In this document: piece by piece, positions 27,230-37,179 of the stretch
Layout: each line of letters begins with the position of its first letter
Numbering within the stretch: position 1 is the stretch's first letter
Assembly: GCA_036649855.1 (NCBI GenBank)
Contig: JAVWAV010000001.1
Span: 22,823-86,822 of the forward strand
Reading direction: 5' to 3'
Origin: Bacilli bacterium
GTDB taxonomy: Bacteria; Bacillota_I; Bacilli_A; RFN20; CAG-826
DNA: 64,000 bases
The notes under the pieces: model-generated
Told to the model about the DNA's origin: nothing
The model's database searches: none
What the model saw: only the letters and a program-made list of their open reading frames with translations
Program-made: the position numbers and the translations under genes

Positions 27230-29041
27230 ATGATAAACGAAAATAAAATTAGAAATTTTTCAATAATAGCTCATATTGATCACGGCAAATCAACACTTGC
27301 AGATCGTATTTTAGAGTTAACTCAAACTGTTGAAAAACGTGAAATGAAAGAACAATTCCTAGATTCTATGGATTTAGAACGTGAAAGAGGAATTACAATA
27401 AAGCTCAATGCTATTACATTAAATTACACAGCTAAAGATGGCGAGACATATCTTTTTAATCTTATCGACACTCCAGGGCATGTTGACTTTACATATGAAG
27501 TTTCAAGATCTCTTGCTGCCTGTGAAGGTGCATTATTAGTAGTTGATGCAACTCAAGGAGTAGAAGCACAAACGCTTGCTAATACTTATTTAGCAGTTGA
27601 TAATGATTTAACTATTATTCCAGTTATAAATAAAATAGATTTACCAAGTGCAATGGTAGACGTTTGCAAACAAGAAATCGAAGAAAAAATAGGAATTAGT
27701 GCTGATGATTCTGTTGCAGTTTCTGCAAAAACTGGCGAAAATGTTGCTGCAATCTTGGAAAAGATTGTTGAAATTATTCCTCCTCCAACAGGAAGAAGAG
27801 ATGCCCCATTAAAAGCATTAATATTTGATAGTTTTTATGATGCATATCGTGGTGTTGTTGTTTTGATTTGTGTTAAAGAAGGAGTTGTTAAAGTAGGAGA
27901 TGAAATTTCCTTAATGGCAACGAATTTTAAATATTTGGTTACTGAATTAGGCATAAAAACACCACAAGAACAAAAAGTAACATCTTTATCTGCTGGTGAA
28001 GTTGGATATTTAGCAGCTCAAATAAAAGATATTAAAGATGTGTTTCCTGGTGAAACAATTACAACTGTAATAAATCCTGCAAAAGAACCATTACCTGGAT
28101 ACAGAAAACTTAATCCAATGGTATATTGTGGTCTTTATCCTGTCGATTCAAAACAATATATAGATTTACGCGATGCACTTGAAAAATTATCATTAAATGA
28201 TGCTTCTCTACATTTTGAGCCTGAAACTTCTCAAGCATTAGGGTTTGGTTTTAGATGTGGCTTTTTAGGATTGCTACACATGGATGTTGTTCAAGAAAGA
28301 CTAGAAAGAGAATACGATTTAGACTTGATTCTTACGGCTCCAAGCGTTATCTATCATATTAATTTGACGAATGGAACTACTGTTAATCTTGATAATCCTT
28401 CTAAAATGCCAGATGTAACAACAATAAAAAGTATTGAAGAACCATACGTCATAGCTAAAATTATGACTCCAGGTGATTATGTTGGAAAAGTAATGGAATT
28501 GTGCCAAGAAAAAAGAGGAATTCATATTGATTTAGAATATTTTGATAAAACAAGAATGATTATTACTTATGAATTGCCTTTAGCTGAAATAGTTTATAAT
28601 TTCTTTGATAAATTAAAGAGTTATACAAAAGGTTATGCATCTTTTGACTATGATTTTTCTGACTACAAAGTTGGTAATCTTGCTAAAATGGATATTTTAT
28701 TAAATTCAGAAATTATTGATGCTTTAAGCTCAATAGTATACAAACCAAATGCCTTTAGAAGAGGAAATGCTATCACTTCAAAGTTAAAAGAGGTTATACC
28801 TCGTCAAATGTTCGAAATTCCAGTGCAAGCTGCAATAAATGGAAAAATTGTTGCAAGATCAGATATTAAAGCATTAAGAAAAGATGTTCTTTCTAAATGC
28901 TATGGTGGAGATATTTCTCGTAAGAAAAAATTATTAGAAAAACAAAAACAAGGTAAGAAAAGAATGAAGTCAATTGGTTCGGTAGAAGTTCCACAAGAAG
29001 CATTTATGACAATACTAAGTGTTGATGACGATCAAAACTAA
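27230..29041 (+). CDS. lepA: Translation elongation factor 4
   Basis: 603 aa. [33 protein letters not shown] and the LepA C-terminal domain. Confidence 0.97.
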   Translation: MINENKIRNFSIIAHIDHGKSTLADRILELTQTVEKREMKEQFLDSMDLERERGITIKLNAITLNYTAKDGETYLFNLIDTPGHVDFTYEVSRSLAACEGALLVVDATQGVEAQTLANTYLAVDNDLTIIPVINKIDLPSAMVDVCKQEIEEKIGISADDSVAVSAKTGENVAAILEKIVEIIPPPTGRRDAPLKALIFDSFYDAYRGVVVLICVKEGVVKVGDEISLMATNFKYLVTELGIKTPQEQKVTSLSAGEVGYLAAQIKDIKDVFPGETITTVINPAKEPLPGYRKLNPMVYCGLYPVDSKQYIDLRDALEKLSLNDASLHFEPETSQALGFGFRCGFLGLLHMDVVQERLEREYDLDLILTAPSVIYHINLTNGTTVNLDNPSKMPDVTTIKSIEEPYVIAKIMTPGDYVGKVMELCQEKRGIHIDLEYFDKTRMIITYELPLAEIVYNFFDKLKSYTKGYASFDYDFSDYKVGNLAKMDILLNSEIIDALSSIVYKPNAFRRGNAITSKLKEVIPRQMFEIPVQAAINGKIVARSDIKALRKDVLSKCYGGDISRKKKLLEKQKQGKKRMKSIGSVEVPQEAFMTILSVDDDQN

Positions 29042-29042
29042 A

Positions 29043-29087
29043 TATTGACTTAATTACTACTAATAAATTACTAATTTGACTAACAAT
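29043..29087 (+). repeat. Four tandem ~11-nt units of the wwACTACTAAT family (site B)
   Basis: TATTGACTTAA|TTACTACTAAT|AAATTACTAAT|TTGACTAACAAT, beginning 2 nt after the lepA stop. Confidence 0.55.
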
Positions 29088-29139
29088 TATCGATTTTTTT
29101 TGATATTATATATTAAAGATGAATTTAGGAGAATGCAAT

Positions 29140-30525
29140 ATGATGGATTCAGAACTTGCAAATAGATTTACTAATTTAAAATACGCTACTAAGAATGAAG
29201 TATCAAAAGACTTAAACATGACTTTAGTGGATAAAATTTGGAACGAAATAATTACTTATCGTTCACAATTTTCAGCTGATTTGCGTGTTAAAAATGTCGA
29301 AGGATCACGTTATTCATTGTGTTTAGCTCCTTCGATAATGAATAAAATCAATTCGTTAGAAAGAAAAATTGGAAAATTAGAGAGAAATTTTGCAAAAATT
29401 GAAAATATAGCATCACAAAATAAAATAATTAGTGAATGTGTCTCAAATGAATTATTATTTGTTGCCAAACACGTTAATATCGAATGCGATGAATCTTCAT
29501 TACTTTTAATTGCTCAAAACAAATTATCTGCTCCAAGACCTGAACAAATGTTTCTATTAACTTATAGTTCATTATTAAAGGATTTACAAAACGAAACATT
29601 TTCTTCAATTGAAAATATTGAACAATATTTAGCAAAAATTTCTATTGAAATATTAGGAAAAAATAACATTGACTATAGACATAGTAATTCGGATGGCCAC
29701 AGCTCTATTTATAGTGGAATTTATGCGGAAGCTCCATTTTCAATGGTAGAACAAATGATTAATGAAATGTTTTCATTCTTATCAACAAGTGAATTTAATT
29801 TTATCGTAAAAATGGCAGTCGTTCTATATTACACAAATTACGTAAAGCCATATACTTCGTATAATGAAGAGCTTAGTTTACTTATGTCTAAATTCGTAAT
29901 GAAATGTTCAGATATTGATAATATTTGTTATTTAATAAACACTGAAAAATTCCTTCTAAACTCACCAAAACTAGAAGAAATTATACAAGAAACACAAAAA
30001 ACTTGTGATTTGACATATTATTTAAATTACTTCATTGAATCAGTAGATGAGTCATTAGCAAAACTTCAAGAAAGTTTAAATGAAATAAACGTTTCAAAGA
30101 TTACAAAAGATTATTATAAATCAGAAGACAAGACAAACAACGCAAATGTCGAAGAAACGAAAGAAGAACCTGAAATTATTGAACAAAACGATGATATTGT
30201 TCAAAAAAACGAACTTCCTAGTTCGTTAATCATCACTCAAGATTCAGCTATTACAAATGTTACGTTTGGATATAACGAAGATGAAGCACAAAAAATCGAA
30301 ACATTTTTATTGGAGAGTGATCCAAATTTAGGTGAACAACAAGCATATTTTTATGCAAGACATTGCACGATGAACAAATTTTATACAATCGCCCAATATA
30401 AAAAAGCATTATCATGTGCATATGAAACAGCAAGAACTTCTATGGACAAATTAGTGTCAAATGGGTATTATAGAAAAGAAGCACACAAAAACAAGTTTAT
30501 TTATACACCAGTTAAAAGGAAATAA
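29140..30525 (+). CDS. Fic-fold protein with degenerate active-site motif and C-terminal wHTH (hypothetical)
   Basis: The layout matches Fic proteins with an N-terminal Fic_N-like region. The position of HPFxDGNGRxxR is occupied by KPYTSYNEELSLL (29845 onward). DLTYYLNYFIESV follows, as in Fic proteins. The C-terminal segment (YTIAQYKKALSCAYETARTSMDKLVSNGYYRK) is wHTH-like. SD AGGAGA 29127-29132 favours ATG 29140; the alternative start is 29119. Confidence 0.6.
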   Translation: MMDSELANRFTNLKYATKNEVSKDLNMTLVDKIWNEIITYRSQFSADLRVKNVEGSRYSLCLAPSIMNKINSLERKIGKLERNFAKIENIASQNKIISECVSNELLFVAKHVNIECDESSLLLIAQNKLSAPRPEQMFLLTYSSLLKDLQNETFSSIENIEQYLAKISIEILGKNNIDYRHSNSDGHSSIYSGIYAEAPFSMVEQMINEMFSFLSTSEFNFIVKMAVVLYYTNYVKPYTSYNEELSLLMSKFVMKCSDIDNICYLINTEKFLLNSPKLEEIIQETQKTCDLTYYLNYFIESVDESLAKLQESLNEINVSKITKDYYKSEDKTNNANVEETKEEPEIIEQNDDIVQKNELPSSLIITQDSAITNVTFGYNEDEAQKIETFLLESDPNLGEQQAYFYARHCTMNKFYTIAQYKKALSCAYETARTSMDKLVSNGYYRKEAHKNKFIYTPVKRK

Positions 30526-30537
30526 GGAGAAAAAAGT

Positions 30538-30798
30538 ATGATGTTAAGCGGAGAATGGTACAACAATCCTGGAATGATCTTTCTATTTATTATAGTTATT
30601 TTTGCTGTTATAGCTTTATCTGCCTTTCTAATTAAAAAATATTACAAGCCTTTTAAGAAAGAAAAAGAAGAAAGTGAAAAAGAATTGTCTGAAAAAAAGG
30701 AAGAAGATATTGCTTCTGAAGAATTAAAGCGCATTCTTGAACCAGTTGATGAATTAAAAGAAACTGAAAAAGAGAATAATGAAATCGAAAAGAAATAA
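30538..30798 (+). CDS. Small single-pass membrane protein with E/K-rich tail (hypothetical)
   Basis: 86 aa with one TM helix (IFLFIIVIFAVIALSAFLI) followed by a charged tail. SD GGAGA lies upstream. The 3' end overlaps the hemW start by 20 nt. Confidence 0.4.
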   Translation: MMLSGEWYNNPGMIFLFIIVIFAVIALSAFLIKKYYKPFKKEKEESEKELSEKKEEDIASEELKRILEPVDELKETEKENNEIEKK

Positions 30799-31882
30799 AA
30801 TAAAATCATTATATATACACATTCCATTTTGTGAACATATTTGTTCATACTGTGATTTTACAAAGATTATTAGAAATGATAATCTTTCTTTTTTATATGT
30901 TTTAGATTTATTAAAAAGTTTGAATGATTATATCAAAGAAAAAAGGAAATTTTCAACAATCTATATAGGTGGTGGTACGCCAACCTGTATTGAACCTTTT
31001 TTATTGAATATTTTACTCTCTTATTGTTCAAAATTATTAAAAAATACTTATGAATTTACGGTTGAAGCAAATGTTGAATCTATTAATAAGGATACACTTC
31101 GTATTTTGAAAAATAATAATGTTAATAGACTGAGTATTGGCGTTCAAAGTTTTTCTGATGATTTGTTACTTAAATTAAATAGAAAACATACAGGAAAAGA
31201 AGCAATTGATGCAGTTAATTTGTCTTTTAAATATATAAAAAACATTAATATAGATCTAATGTACGGATTCCCTTTTTCATCATTTGACTGTCTAAAATCT
31301 GACGTTGAAATTGCAAAAACATTACCAATTGCTCATATTTCAACCTATTCTTTATTAATAAACAAAGGAACTTTACTTTTTAATCAAGGATATAAAGAAG
31401 TAGAAGGTGATACATTAAGACAATATTTCGACTTTATTAAAAAAGAATTAAAGAAATCAGGTTTTAAACAATATGAAGTTTCTAATTTTTCAAAACCGGG
31501 ATATTATTCAAGAAACAATATGACTTATTGGAAAAACGAAGAATATATTGGTTTAGGAGCTGGTTCTTCGGGATTTGAAAATAATGTTCGTTATACATAT
31601 ACTAAAAATATCGCTTCTTATTTATACAACCATAAAAGAACAGAAGAAATTATTACAAGTGAAGATGATGTTAAATATCAAATTTTTCTTAATTTACGTA
31701 CGACAAATGGCATTAATCGTAAATTATTTAAAGAAAAATTTGGCTTTGAAATACTGGAAAAATTCGGTGATTTTTTTATAAAACTGCAAAAAAAATCACT
31801 AATTAAAATTACTAAAAACACGATAAAATGCACATATAACGGTTTAATGATATTAGATAATATAATTTTAGAAATATTTTAG
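30779..31882 (+). CDS. hemW: Radical SAM heme chaperone HemW (HemN-like)
   Basis: SLYIHIPFCEHICSYCDF radical-SAM CxxxCxxC motif, 367 aa, in the conserved position before hrcA. Confidence 0.88.
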   Translation: MKSKRNKIKSLYIHIPFCEHICSYCDFTKIIRNDNLSFLYVLDLLKSLNDYIKEKRKFSTIYIGGGTPTCIEPFLLNILLSYCSKLLKNTYEFTVEANVESINKDTLRILKNNNVNRLSIGVQSFSDDLLLKLNRKHTGKEAIDAVNLSFKYIKNINIDLMYGFPFSSFDCLKSDVEIAKTLPIAHISTYSLLINKGTLLFNQGYKEVEGDTLRQYFDFIKKELKKSGFKQYEVSNFSKPGYYSRNNMTYWKNEEYIGLGAGSSGFENNVRYTYTKNIASYLYNHKRTEEIITSEDDVKYQIFLNLRTTNGINRKLFKEKFGFEILEKFGDFFIKLQKKSLIKITKNTIKCTYNGLMILDNIILEIF

Positions 31883-31905
31883 CACTTTAGTATTGACACT
31901 GCTAA
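31879..31905 (+). promoter_or_regulatory. CIRCE-like operator 1 (imperfect), overlapping the -35 of the hrcA promoter
   Basis: TTAGCACTT-N9-CACTGCTAA versus the consensus TTAGCACTC-N9-GAGTGCTAA (8/9 and 7/9 matches). Confidence 0.55.
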
Positions 31906-31921
31906 TTTTTGCGTTTATAAT
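31893..31921 (+). promoter_or_regulatory. Consensus sigma-A promoter of the hrcA-grpE-dnaK-dnaJ operon
   Basis: TTGACA (31893-31898), 17-nt spacer, TATAAT (31916-31921). Confidence 0.8.
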
Positions 31922-31925
31922 ACTT

Positions 31926-31952
31926 TTAGCATTCAAAAGAACAGAGTGCTAG
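31926..31952 (+). promoter_or_regulatory. CIRCE operator 2 (HrcA binding site)
   Basis: TTAGCATTC-N9-GAGTGCTAG (8/9 and 8/9 matches to the CIRCE consensus), located between the -10 and the SD AAAGGAGA. Confidence 0.85.
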
Positions 31953-31968
31953 AAAGGAGATTATAAGT

Positions 31969-32997
31969 ATGTTTAATCGAAGTGATTATATATTGAAATT
32001 GATTATAGAACATTTTGTACAAACTGCTCAACCAGTTGGTTCAAAAACACTTATTGAAAACTATGATCTCCAACTTAGCAGCGCTACTATTCGCAATGAA
32101 ATGCAATTATTAGAAAACGAAGGTTTTCTTGAAAAGACTCATACATCTAGTGGAAGAGTTCCTTCTTCTAAGGGATATAAATATTATATTGAAAACCTTA
32201 GAGACAAAAAGAAGAACAACCAAATCAAATTTGAACTTCAAACAATCTTAAATGAAAGAACACAAACCATTGAAGATATGCTTAAAGAATCTTGTGAGAT
32301 ATTGTCAGAAATGACTAATTTGGTAAGTTTGGTTTTAGGAAATAACACTAGTGAAGAAACTTTGGCATCTCTCCAAATGATTCCAATTGGTAATAATAGT
32401 TCAACAGTTATCTTTGTAACAAATAGAGGCGCGGTTGAAAGTAAAACCTTTTTCTTTGATAAAAACATTAAAGTTGACGATCTTGAAAAATGCATTTCAA
32501 TGCTAAATAAAAGATTAGTTGGTACAAGTGTTTCTGAATTAGTACCAAAGATGAAGTTGCTAGAACCTATTATTCATGATTACATTATCGATGGTGACGT
32601 CATTTATCAGACAATCCTCAAAACACTTGGAACGTTAGCGAATGATAAAGTAGTAATGTATGGAAAAGATAAACTATTAGATCAACCAGAGTTTAGTAAG
32701 GATCCAGAAAGAATTAAAGATGTCATTGATTTATTTGAATCTCCTACATTTTTTAAAGAAATTACGGAAAAAGTTCAATTTATTGATAAAGATATTACTG
32801 TTAAAATCGGTGGGGTAGACGAACGCGACGATATATCTATTGTCTCAGCAAAAATCTATATTCCTGGCGTTGGCGAAAATGTTATCAGTTTAATTGGACC
32901 GAAAAGAATGAATTATGATAAAGCATATGAAGCAATCGAGACACTTGTCGATGAGCTTAATAAGAAGTTTGAAGAAATATCGAAAGGAGATAGTTAA
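31969..32997 (+). CDS. hrcA: Heat-inducible transcription repressor HrcA
   Basis: 342 aa. N-terminal wHTH (PVGSKTL...SSATIRNEM..LE..G.L.K.HTSSGRVPS) and operon context. Confidence 0.93.
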   Translation: MFNRSDYILKLIIEHFVQTAQPVGSKTLIENYDLQLSSATIRNEMQLLENEGFLEKTHTSSGRVPSSKGYKYYIENLRDKKKNNQIKFELQTILNERTQTIEDMLKESCEILSEMTNLVSLVLGNNTSEETLASLQMIPIGNNSSTVIFVTNRGAVESKTFFFDKNIKVDDLEKCISMLNKRLVGTSVSELVPKMKLLEPIIHDYIIDGDVIYQTILKTLGTLANDKVVMYGKDKLLDQPEFSKDPERIKDVIDLFESPTFFKEITEKVQFIDKDITVKIGGVDERDDISIVSAKIYIPGVGENVISLIGPKRMNYDKAYEAIETLVDELNKKFEEISKGDS

Positions 32998-33000
32998 AAA

Positions 33001-33615
33001 ATGGTTAATTTAAGAAGCGAAGAGATTAAAAAAGAAACAGAAGAAAATGTAAAAGAAGACGAAAAAAAAGAAAAAAAGGTTCCACTTGCTAAACTTGAAA
33101 AAGTTCAAGAAGAATTACGCGGCGTAGAAGCAGATCGCGATTCATGGAAAAATAAGTATTATAGCGTTTACGCAGACATGGAGAATCTTAGAAAAGTTAT
33201 TGAAAAAGATCATCGTGAAGCAATGAAATATCGTTCGGAAGGATTTGTAATTAATTTAATACCCTCACTTGACAGTTTCCATATGGCAACTCAAATTGAA
33301 GGCAAAACAGAAGAAATGAAAGCATTTATTACCGGATTTAGATATATTTACAACAACATTATTAGTGCTATAGCAGAAGAGGGTGTAACAGAAATAACTC
33401 CAAAAATTGGAGATAAGTTTGATGAAAAAACCATGCATGCTCTCGATACCGTAGAACAAGAAGGTGATGAAAATATTATAGTTAACGTTGCAGGAAGCTG
33501 TTATAAAATATATGACAGAATCATAAGACCAGCTATGGTATATGTTTCAAAAAAACCGGCAGTTAAAGACGAAAAGATAGACAAAGACGCAGTCATAGAA
33601 GAAAACATAGATTAA
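33001..33615 (+). CDS. grpE: Nucleotide exchange factor GrpE
   Basis: 204 aa. The coiled-coil N-terminus, the YADMENLRK segment and operon context fit GrpE. Confidence 0.93.
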   Translation: MVNLRSEEIKKETEENVKEDEKKEKKVPLAKLEKVQEELRGVEADRDSWKNKYYSVYADMENLRKVIEKDHREAMKYRSEGFVINLIPSLDSFHMATQIEGKTEEMKAFITGFRYIYNNIISAIAEEGVTEITPKIGDKFDEKTMHALDTVEQEGDENIIVNVAGSCYKIYDRIIRPAMVYVSKKPAVKDEKIDKDAVIEENID

Positions 33616-33634
33616 TCAAAAAGGAGGAAATTTT

Positions 33635-35473
33635 ATGGCAAAAGAAATTATTTTAGGTATTGATTTAGGTACAACAAATTCGGTCGTTTCATACTTACAA
33701 GCAGATGGAAAGGTAAAGGTTATTCCAAACCCAGAGGGCACAAATACTACGCCATCTATCGTTGCTTTTAAACAAAATGGTGAAGAAATTATTGGTAACG
33801 CTGCAAAACGTCAAGCAGTTACTAATCCTGAAAACACCATCAGCTCTATTAAAAGAGAAATGGGTTCATCTAAAAAGGAACATATCGCATGTTTAAATAA
33901 AGATTTTACACCACAAGAAATTTCAGCAAAAATTCTTGCTTATATGAAAGATTATGCGGAAAAAGCTATTGGCACAAAAGTAGAAAAAGCAGTTATTACT
34001 GTTCCAGCATACTTTAACGATTCCCAACGTCAAGCAACAAAAGATGCAGGTAAGATTGCAGGACTTGATGTCGTGAGAATTATTAATGAACCAACTGCTG
34101 CTGCTCTTGCTTATGGTCTTGAATCTAAAAAATCTGAAAAGATTTTAGTTTATGATTTAGGTGGAGGTACATTCGATGTATCTATTCTTGATATTGGCGA
34201 TGGTACATTTGAAGTTATTGCTACATCAGGTGATAATAAACTTGGTGGTGATGATTGGGATGCTCTTATTGCTAGATGGATTAGAGAAGAAGTTAAAAAA
34301 CAAACCGGAACCGATATATCCGATAAAGTCGCACTTCAAAGATATACTGACGCTGCAGAAAAAGCTAAAATTGAATTATCAAGTTCATTAAGCACTGTTA
34401 TTTCATTACCATTTATTGGTATGAATGCAAGTGGTCCAATTAACTTTGAAACAACTTTATCACGCGCTAAATTTGAAGATTTAACTAAAGATTTATTAAG
34501 AAGAACAGAAGAACCAGTAAGAAAAGCATTATTAGATGCTAAATTAACTGCTTCAGATCTTGATCAAATCATTCTAATTGGTGGTTCAATTAGAATGCCA
34601 GCTGTTCAAGAATCTGTTAAGAAATTAACAAATAAAGCACCTAACTATTCAGTTAGTCCAGATGAGGCAGTCTCAATTGGTGCTGCTTTACAAGGCGGAA
34701 TCGTTTCAGGAGACGTTAAAGATGTTGTTTTACTTGACGTCACCCCATTAACTCTTGGTATTGAAACTATGGGTGGAGTAATGACTCCTCTTATTACAAG
34801 AAATACGACAATTCCAACGACTAAATCACAAATTTTCTCAACCGCTGCTGATAACCAACCTGCAGTTGATATTATGGTTTATCAAGGTGAACGTCCAATG
34901 GCTCATGATAATAAATTATTAGGTCATTTCCAACTTACTGGTATTGCTGCAAAAAGAAGAGGCGAACCACGTATTGAAGTTACCTTCTCAATCGACGTAA
35001 ACGGCATTGTTAAAGTTTCTGCAAAAGATTTAGATAGTAATAAAGCTCAAGAAATCACAATTTCTGGCTCAAATGGCTTATCTAAAGAAGAAATTGATCG
35101 CATGGTCCGTGAAGCTGAAGAAAATAAAGATGCTGATGAAAAAAGAAAAGAAGAAATTGAAGTTAAAAATAAGGCTGAACAATTTATTAACTCAATTGAC
35201 TCTTCCCTTGCCGAAAAGGGAGATTCTATCGATCCAAAGCAAAAAGAAGATACTATTAAATTAAGAGATGAATTAAAAGAAGCTCTTGATAAAAACGATA
35301 TTGAGACACTTCGTAATAAAATGTCTGAATTAGAAAAAGCTGCTGAATATATGGCACAAGCACAAGCTCAAGGACAAAATCCAACTGAAGGTGCTGCTGA
35401 TGCTTCTTCTTCAACAGAAGGTCAAACAACAGCTGATGATGTAGTCGATGCTGATTTTACTGATAAAAAGTAA
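33635..35473 (+). CDS. dnaK: Molecular chaperone DnaK (Hsp70)
   Basis: [28 protein letters not shown] (variant of VLVGGxTRxP). 612 aa. Strong SD AAGGAGG. Confidence 0.98.
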   Translation: MAKEIILGIDLGTTNSVVSYLQADGKVKVIPNPEGTNTTPSIVAFKQNGEEIIGNAAKRQAVTNPENTISSIKREMGSSKKEHIACLNKDFTPQEISAKILAYMKDYAEKAIGTKVEKAVITVPAYFNDSQRQATKDAGKIAGLDVVRIINEPTAAALAYGLESKKSEKILVYDLGGGTFDVSILDIGDGTFEVIATSGDNKLGGDDWDALIARWIREEVKKQTGTDISDKVALQRYTDAAEKAKIELSSSLSTVISLPFIGMNASGPINFETTLSRAKFEDLTKDLLRRTEEPVRKALLDAKLTASDLDQIILIGGSIRMPAVQESVKKLTNKAPNYSVSPDEAVSIGAALQGGIVSGDVKDVVLLDVTPLTLGIETMGGVMTPLITRNTTIPTTKSQIFSTAADNQPAVDIMVYQGERPMAHDNKLLGHFQLTGIAAKRRGEPRIEVTFSIDVNGIVKVSAKDLDSNKAQEITISGSNGLSKEEIDRMVREAEENKDADEKRKEEIEVKNKAEQFINSIDSSLAEKGDSIDPKQKEDTIKLRDELKEALDKNDIETLRNKMSELEKAAEYMAQAQAQGQNPTEGAADASSSTEGQTTADDVVDADFTDKK

Positions 35474-35488
35474 AAAGAAAATTGAATC

Positions 35489-35524
35489 GAGTATTAGAGG
35501 CATTTGCCTCTAATACTCATTTTT
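35489..35524 (+). terminator. Intrinsic terminator/attenuator between dnaK and dnaJ
   Basis: Perfect 13-bp stem GAGTATTAGAGGC/GCCTCTAATACTC with an ATTT loop, followed by ATTTTT. Confidence 0.85.
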
Positions 35525-35535
35525 GGAGGTAAATT

Positions 35536-36675
35536 ATGGCAGAAAAGAGAGATTATTACGAGACGCTAGGTGTACAACGCACCGCAACAAAAGATGAAAT
35601 CAAAAGTGCTTATAGAAAACTTGCAATGAAATACCATCCAGATAGAAACAAAGAACCTGGTGCTGAGAAAAAATTCATGGAAGTTCAAGAGGCATATGAT
35701 GTACTTTATGATGATCAAAAAAGAAAAACATTTGATCAATTTGGAAGTGCAGCTTTTGACCAAAATGGTGCAGCATCTGGATTTGGTGGTGGAAATCCTT
35801 TTCAAGGCGGATTTGGAAATTTTGGTGATTTAAACGATATATTTTCCCAAATGTTTGGTGGCGGAATGGGGGGCGGAAGAAGCGCTCAAAGAAGCGGTCC
35901 AAATAGGGGAGACGATACATTAATGAGAGTTAAAGTTAGTTTTATTGATGCAATTATGGGCAAAAAAATAACTATACCTGTCACATATGATAAAGTTTGC
36001 GATACATGTAACGGCACAGGAGCAAAATCTAGTAGTGATATTAAAACTTGTTCGCATTGTGGTGGAAGTGGTGTTGTAAGACAAACCAAACAAACACTTT
36101 TTGGTGCAATGGAAAGTGAAACTACTTGTCCGTATTGCGGTGGAACTGGCAAAATTATTGCTAATAAATGTCCAGATTGCAACGGAACTGGGTCAAAACG
36201 TGTTAAAGAAAATATCGATATTGCTATTCCAGCCGGAATTAATGCTGGCCAACAAATTAGAGTTAAAGGCAAAGGCATGAAAGGCTCTAATGGCGGTCCT
36301 AACGGCGATTTATATATTGAAATCGTAATTCAAGAAGATGATTTATTTAAAAGAGACGGTAATGATATTCATTTAAATTTAGAAACCGATTTTGTTGATG
36401 CTGCACTTGGAATAACACTTGACGTTAAAACTGTTTACGATACTGTCAGTTTAAAAATACCAGCAGGTACACAACCAAATACTGTATTGAAATTGTCTGG
36501 AAAAGGTATTAAAGATATGCGTAATGGAAGACCAGGCGATGAGTACGTTCATATCATTATTAAAACTCCAACCAACCTCAACACAAAGCAAAAAGAATGT
36601 TTAAATGATTTTAAAATAAATAGTAATTCACAAAATGGTCCATTTTCTCGTTTGAAGGATAAATTAAAGAAATAA
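35536..36675 (+). CDS. dnaJ: Molecular chaperone DnaJ
   Basis: J domain with HPD (KYHPDRN), a G/F-rich region, and four CxxCxGxG zinc-finger repeats. Confidence 0.97.
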   Translation: MAEKRDYYETLGVQRTATKDEIKSAYRKLAMKYHPDRNKEPGAEKKFMEVQEAYDVLYDDQKRKTFDQFGSAAFDQNGAASGFGGGNPFQGGFGNFGDLNDIFSQMFGGGMGGGRSAQRSGPNRGDDTLMRVKVSFIDAIMGKKITIPVTYDKVCDTCNGTGAKSSSDIKTCSHCGGSGVVRQTKQTLFGAMESETTCPYCGGTGKIIANKCPDCNGTGSKRVKENIDIAIPAGINAGQQIRVKGKGMKGSNGGPNGDLYIEIVIQEDDLFKRDGNDIHLNLETDFVDAALGITLDVKTVYDTVSLKIPAGTQPNTVLKLSGKGIKDMRNGRPGDEYVHIIIKTPTNLNTKQKECLNDFKINSNSQNGPFSRLKDKLKK

Positions 36676-36723
36676 TTAAAAATTTTTAACGGAATAATGG
36701 TATAATCAACTTGTGAGAAATGT

Positions 36724-37179
36724 ATGCTAAAGTGTAAAAATTGTGGTCATAAATTAACAAAATTTGATCGTGATCTTTGTCCTTATTGCGGCGCAAGAAA
36801 TCCAATTGATGAATCTTCAACTGAAACGATTGATGTAACGCAAATAATAGACAATATCGAAAATATCGATCATAAAGAAAAATTTGTAAGAAAGAGCAGA
36901 AAAACTTATATCATTTTAATGATGATTTTAGGAATTTTTTCTGCTCATTTATTTTATATAAAACGTTACTATCAAGCTGCTTATTTAATTGGAGCTAATG
37001 CTTTATTTATTGGTGGCGGTGGTTATCTTTTAAGTATTTTTGAAATATTTGTTAATTCACAGTACTTTTTAAACTGGATAGTCGCACTAGGCGTTGTTTT
37101 AGGTCTTTATATTATTTTAGGAATTAGTACGATATTTTTTGGGGAGCCAAAAGATAGCGATAATGAGGTGCTAAAATAA
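36724..37179 (+). CDS. Zinc-ribbon plus TM2-domain membrane protein
   Basis: N-terminal CKNCG...CPYCG ribbon followed by a TM2-like segment (ILMMILGIFSAHLFYIKRYYQAAYLIG). Confidence 0.6.
   Translation: MLKCKNCGHKLTKFDRDLCPYCGARNPIDESSTETIDVTQIIDNIENIDHKEKFVRKSRKTYIILMMILGIFSAHLFYIKRYYQAAYLIGANALFIGGGGYLLSIFEIFVNSQYFLNWIVALGVVLGLYIILGISTIFFGEPKDSDNEVLK

Noticed and set aside
35886-36278. 130-aa minus-strand ORF, plus similar antisense ORFs (for example 2279-2587, 4608-5123, 37277-37654, 45711-46052, 48904-49206, 51708-52202, 52827-53138)
   Set aside because: All lie fully inside well-supported sense-strand housekeeping genes, lack SDs or promoters, and have the odd composition typical of antisense frames in AT-rich DNA.
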